From contig JASMKO010000019.1 of assembly GCA_030749225.1 (NCBI GenBank), forward strand, positions 140 to 64,139: 64,000 nt of DNA, in the 5' to 3' direction. The DNA comes from Verrucomicrobiota bacterium. Lineage in GTDB: Bacteria; Verrucomicrobiota; Verrucomicrobiia; Limisphaerales; UBA1096. The stretch's first letter is position 1. Every line of letters begins with the position of its first letter. The translations under genes were made by a program, and so were the position numbers. Below the pieces are notes generated by a model. That model was not told the origin of the DNA. It did not search any database and saw only the letters and a list, made by a program, of their open reading frames with translations. This document shows positions 62,388 to 64,000 of the stretch, piece by piece.

Positions 62388-62786
62388 CTATTTGCCAGCC
62401 CAGTAGTCCACCACGAACACGTCCTCCACCACCGGCCCAACTAACTCGACGAATTTCTTGTGGGCCGGGTGCACGAGGTAGATGTCGCGATCTTTTTCCG
62501 ACCCGAACGTGATCAGGTAGCAGTGTTTGAACCCCTTGTTCAACCCCTCGGGACTGTTGTTCGTCCCTTTCTCAAACGCCTTGATTTCAGTGATTTTCTT
62601 TTCCAGCGCGGCAAACGCCTTCTCTACCTCGGCGATCTTTGCCATGGTCGCCTCATCCTTATACTTGAAACAGACGAAGTGCCGGAGTTGCTTCACCTGC
62701 TTTTTGTCCGCGGCCTCAGTGGTCATGCCCGCGTACAGCACCCCCAGCCCGACAGCCAGGCCTAACAGTCGTAAAATGTTTTTCAT
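62388..62786 (-). CDS. Dabb (stress-responsive alpha/beta barrel) domain protein with signal peptide
   Basis: LRHFVCFKYKDEAT...AFEKGTNNSPEGLNKGFKHCYLITFGSEKDRDIYLVHPAHKKFVE is the typical Dabb layout. Confidence 0.75.
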   Translation of the reverse strand: MKNILRLLGLAVGLGVLYAGMTTEAADKKQVKQLRHFVCFKYKDEATMAKIAEVEKAFAALEKKITEIKAFEKGTNNSPEGLNKGFKHCYLITFGSEKDRDIYLVHPAHKKFVELVGPVVEDVFVVDYWAGK

Positions 62787-62851
62787 GATTCAAAATTGAA
62801 CAAACACCAGACTCCCAAAGCCCACAAATCAAATCAAGGTTAGATTATCAA

Positions 62852-63907
62852 TTGGCAATTCTGTACTGGACATTCTTACTCCATGCCTTGAAAACTCGCC
62901 GCGTGAGAGTTCTGCTTGCTTTTAATTTACTGGGCTCGGTCATGTTTTTCAACAGCGCCGTGGCTGCCGATGATTCCATCAAGCCTTTCCTGGCGATTTT
63001 TGGTAAACCCTTAAAAGCGGCCAAGATGCCCGAAAAGGCCGAGGAACGTGCCAGAGTCGAACTTGGACGCACCCTCTACCACGAAAAACGTCTCAGCCGC
63101 GACAACTCCATTTCCTGCAACTCCTGCCACGACACAGTAGGCTTTGGAGTGGATGGAAAGAAATTCTCGCTGGGCTTTAATGGTCATCTTACCGGACGCA
63201 ATTCCCCCACCAGTTTCAACGCGTTCATGCATGTGGCCCAGTTTTGGGATGGCCGCGCGCCAACCGTCGAGGAACAGGCCAAGGGCCCCATTCTTGCCGG
63301 AGGTGAAATGGCCATGCCTTCCGCCGATGCAGTCGTGAAGAAACTGAACAAGATTGACGGATACAAGGCACTGTTCGAGGCAGCCTTCCCTAAAAGCGAT
63401 CCGCCCATCACATACGACAATGTCGGCAAGGCCATCGGCGCCTACGAGCGACTGTTCGTTACACCAGGACCGCTGGACCGACTCCTCAGGGGCAGGGACA
63501 ATGCTTTGTCTGAAGTCGAAAAGCGGGGGCTGCAAAAGTTTGTCACCACCGGTTGTGTTTCCTGCCATACAGGCAATCTACTGGGCGGCATCTCCTACCA
63601 GAAACTTGGCGTCGTCAAACCGTGGCCAAATCAAAAGGACCAGGGCCGGTACGACCTCACAAAAAATGAGGCCGAGAAGATGTTTTTCAAGGTACCCAGC
63701 CTACGAAACATTGCCAAAACTGCGCCCTACTTCCATGACGGCTCAGGTACAACGTTGAAACAGGCCGTTCAGATGATGGCCACCCATCAACTTGGCCGGG
63801 AATTGTCGAATGAGGATGTTTCGGACATTGTTGCCTTCCTGAACTCACTCACGGGCAAATTAAACTCCGCCATTGCGGCCCCACCGAAAAGCTTCCCCGG
63901 CAGATAA
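62852..63907 (+). CDS. di-heme cytochrome c peroxidase (CCP/MauG family)
   Basis: Two heme motifs are present (CNSCHD and CVSCHTG), plus FWDGRA, the PSLRNIAKTAPYFHDGS block and LNSLTG. The start is uncertain: TTG 62852, or GTG 62903 which gives a cleaner signal peptide. Confidence 0.9.
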   Translation: MAILYWTFLLHALKTRRVRVLLAFNLLGSVMFFNSAVAADDSIKPFLAIFGKPLKAAKMPEKAEERARVELGRTLYHEKRLSRDNSISCNSCHDTVGFGVDGKKFSLGFNGHLTGRNSPTSFNAFMHVAQFWDGRAPTVEEQAKGPILAGGEMAMPSADAVVKKLNKIDGYKALFEAAFPKSDPPITYDNVGKAIGAYERLFVTPGPLDRLLRGRDNALSEVEKRGLQKFVTTGCVSCHTGNLLGGISYQKLGVVKPWPNQKDQGRYDLTKNEAEKMFFKVPSLRNIAKTAPYFHDGSGTTLKQAVQMMATHQLGRELSNEDVSDIVAFLNSLTGKLNSAIAAPPKSFPGR

Positions 63908-64000
63908 GAGCGAGGAATCCTGACTATGCCTTAGGGCCAGGCCCACAGCACAAAACAGGGCTTGAAAATCGAGCCAAGAACCGTCAACCTGACTGCCCTT

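Overview
This is a high-GC chromosomal segment (roughly 58-60% GC by eye). Its gene content points to the PVC superphylum, most likely Verrucomicrobiota: a prepilin/H-X9-DG paralog, 'Pirellula/Verrucomicrobium-type' dehydrogenase plus CxxCH giant proteins, and many non-ATG starts with weak Shine-Dalgarno sites. Most of the window is core metabolism. It holds a 12-gene complex I operon (nuoA-B-C-D-I-H-J-K-L-M-M-N), pntAB transhydrogenase, gltBD glutamate synthase, glycerate kinase, several redox proteins (glutaredoxin-like, peroxiredoxin, trxA, cytochrome c peroxidase), RNase P RNA, metH, an S8 protease, bioF, an ECF sigma/anti-sigma operon, yqeK, a beta-CASP nuclease and amtB. I found no tRNA or rRNA genes, CRISPR arrays, transposases or integrases. 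Five things deserve a second look. (1) The palindromic octamer TTGGCCAA (extended CGCTTGGCCAAGCG) occurs at least 40 times against about 1 expected, inside genes in all three frames and as hairpins between genes. (2) The nuo operon lacks nuoEFG, carries two nuoM copies and has a NuoL with a lengthened lateral helix. (3) Two translationally coupled giant secreted proteins fuse a ceramidase-like hydrolase domain to a PVC-type dehydrogenase and a cytochrome c domain, next to an AT-richer TonB receptor. (4) An AT-richer, translationally coupled two-gene cassette at 53.7-55.5 kb encodes an unclassifiable membrane protein plus a small P-loop NTPase. (5) That cassette sits beside a 34-bp operator-like palindrome made of four 8-mers upstream of metH. 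All family assignments come from motifs read by eye, and no database search was run.
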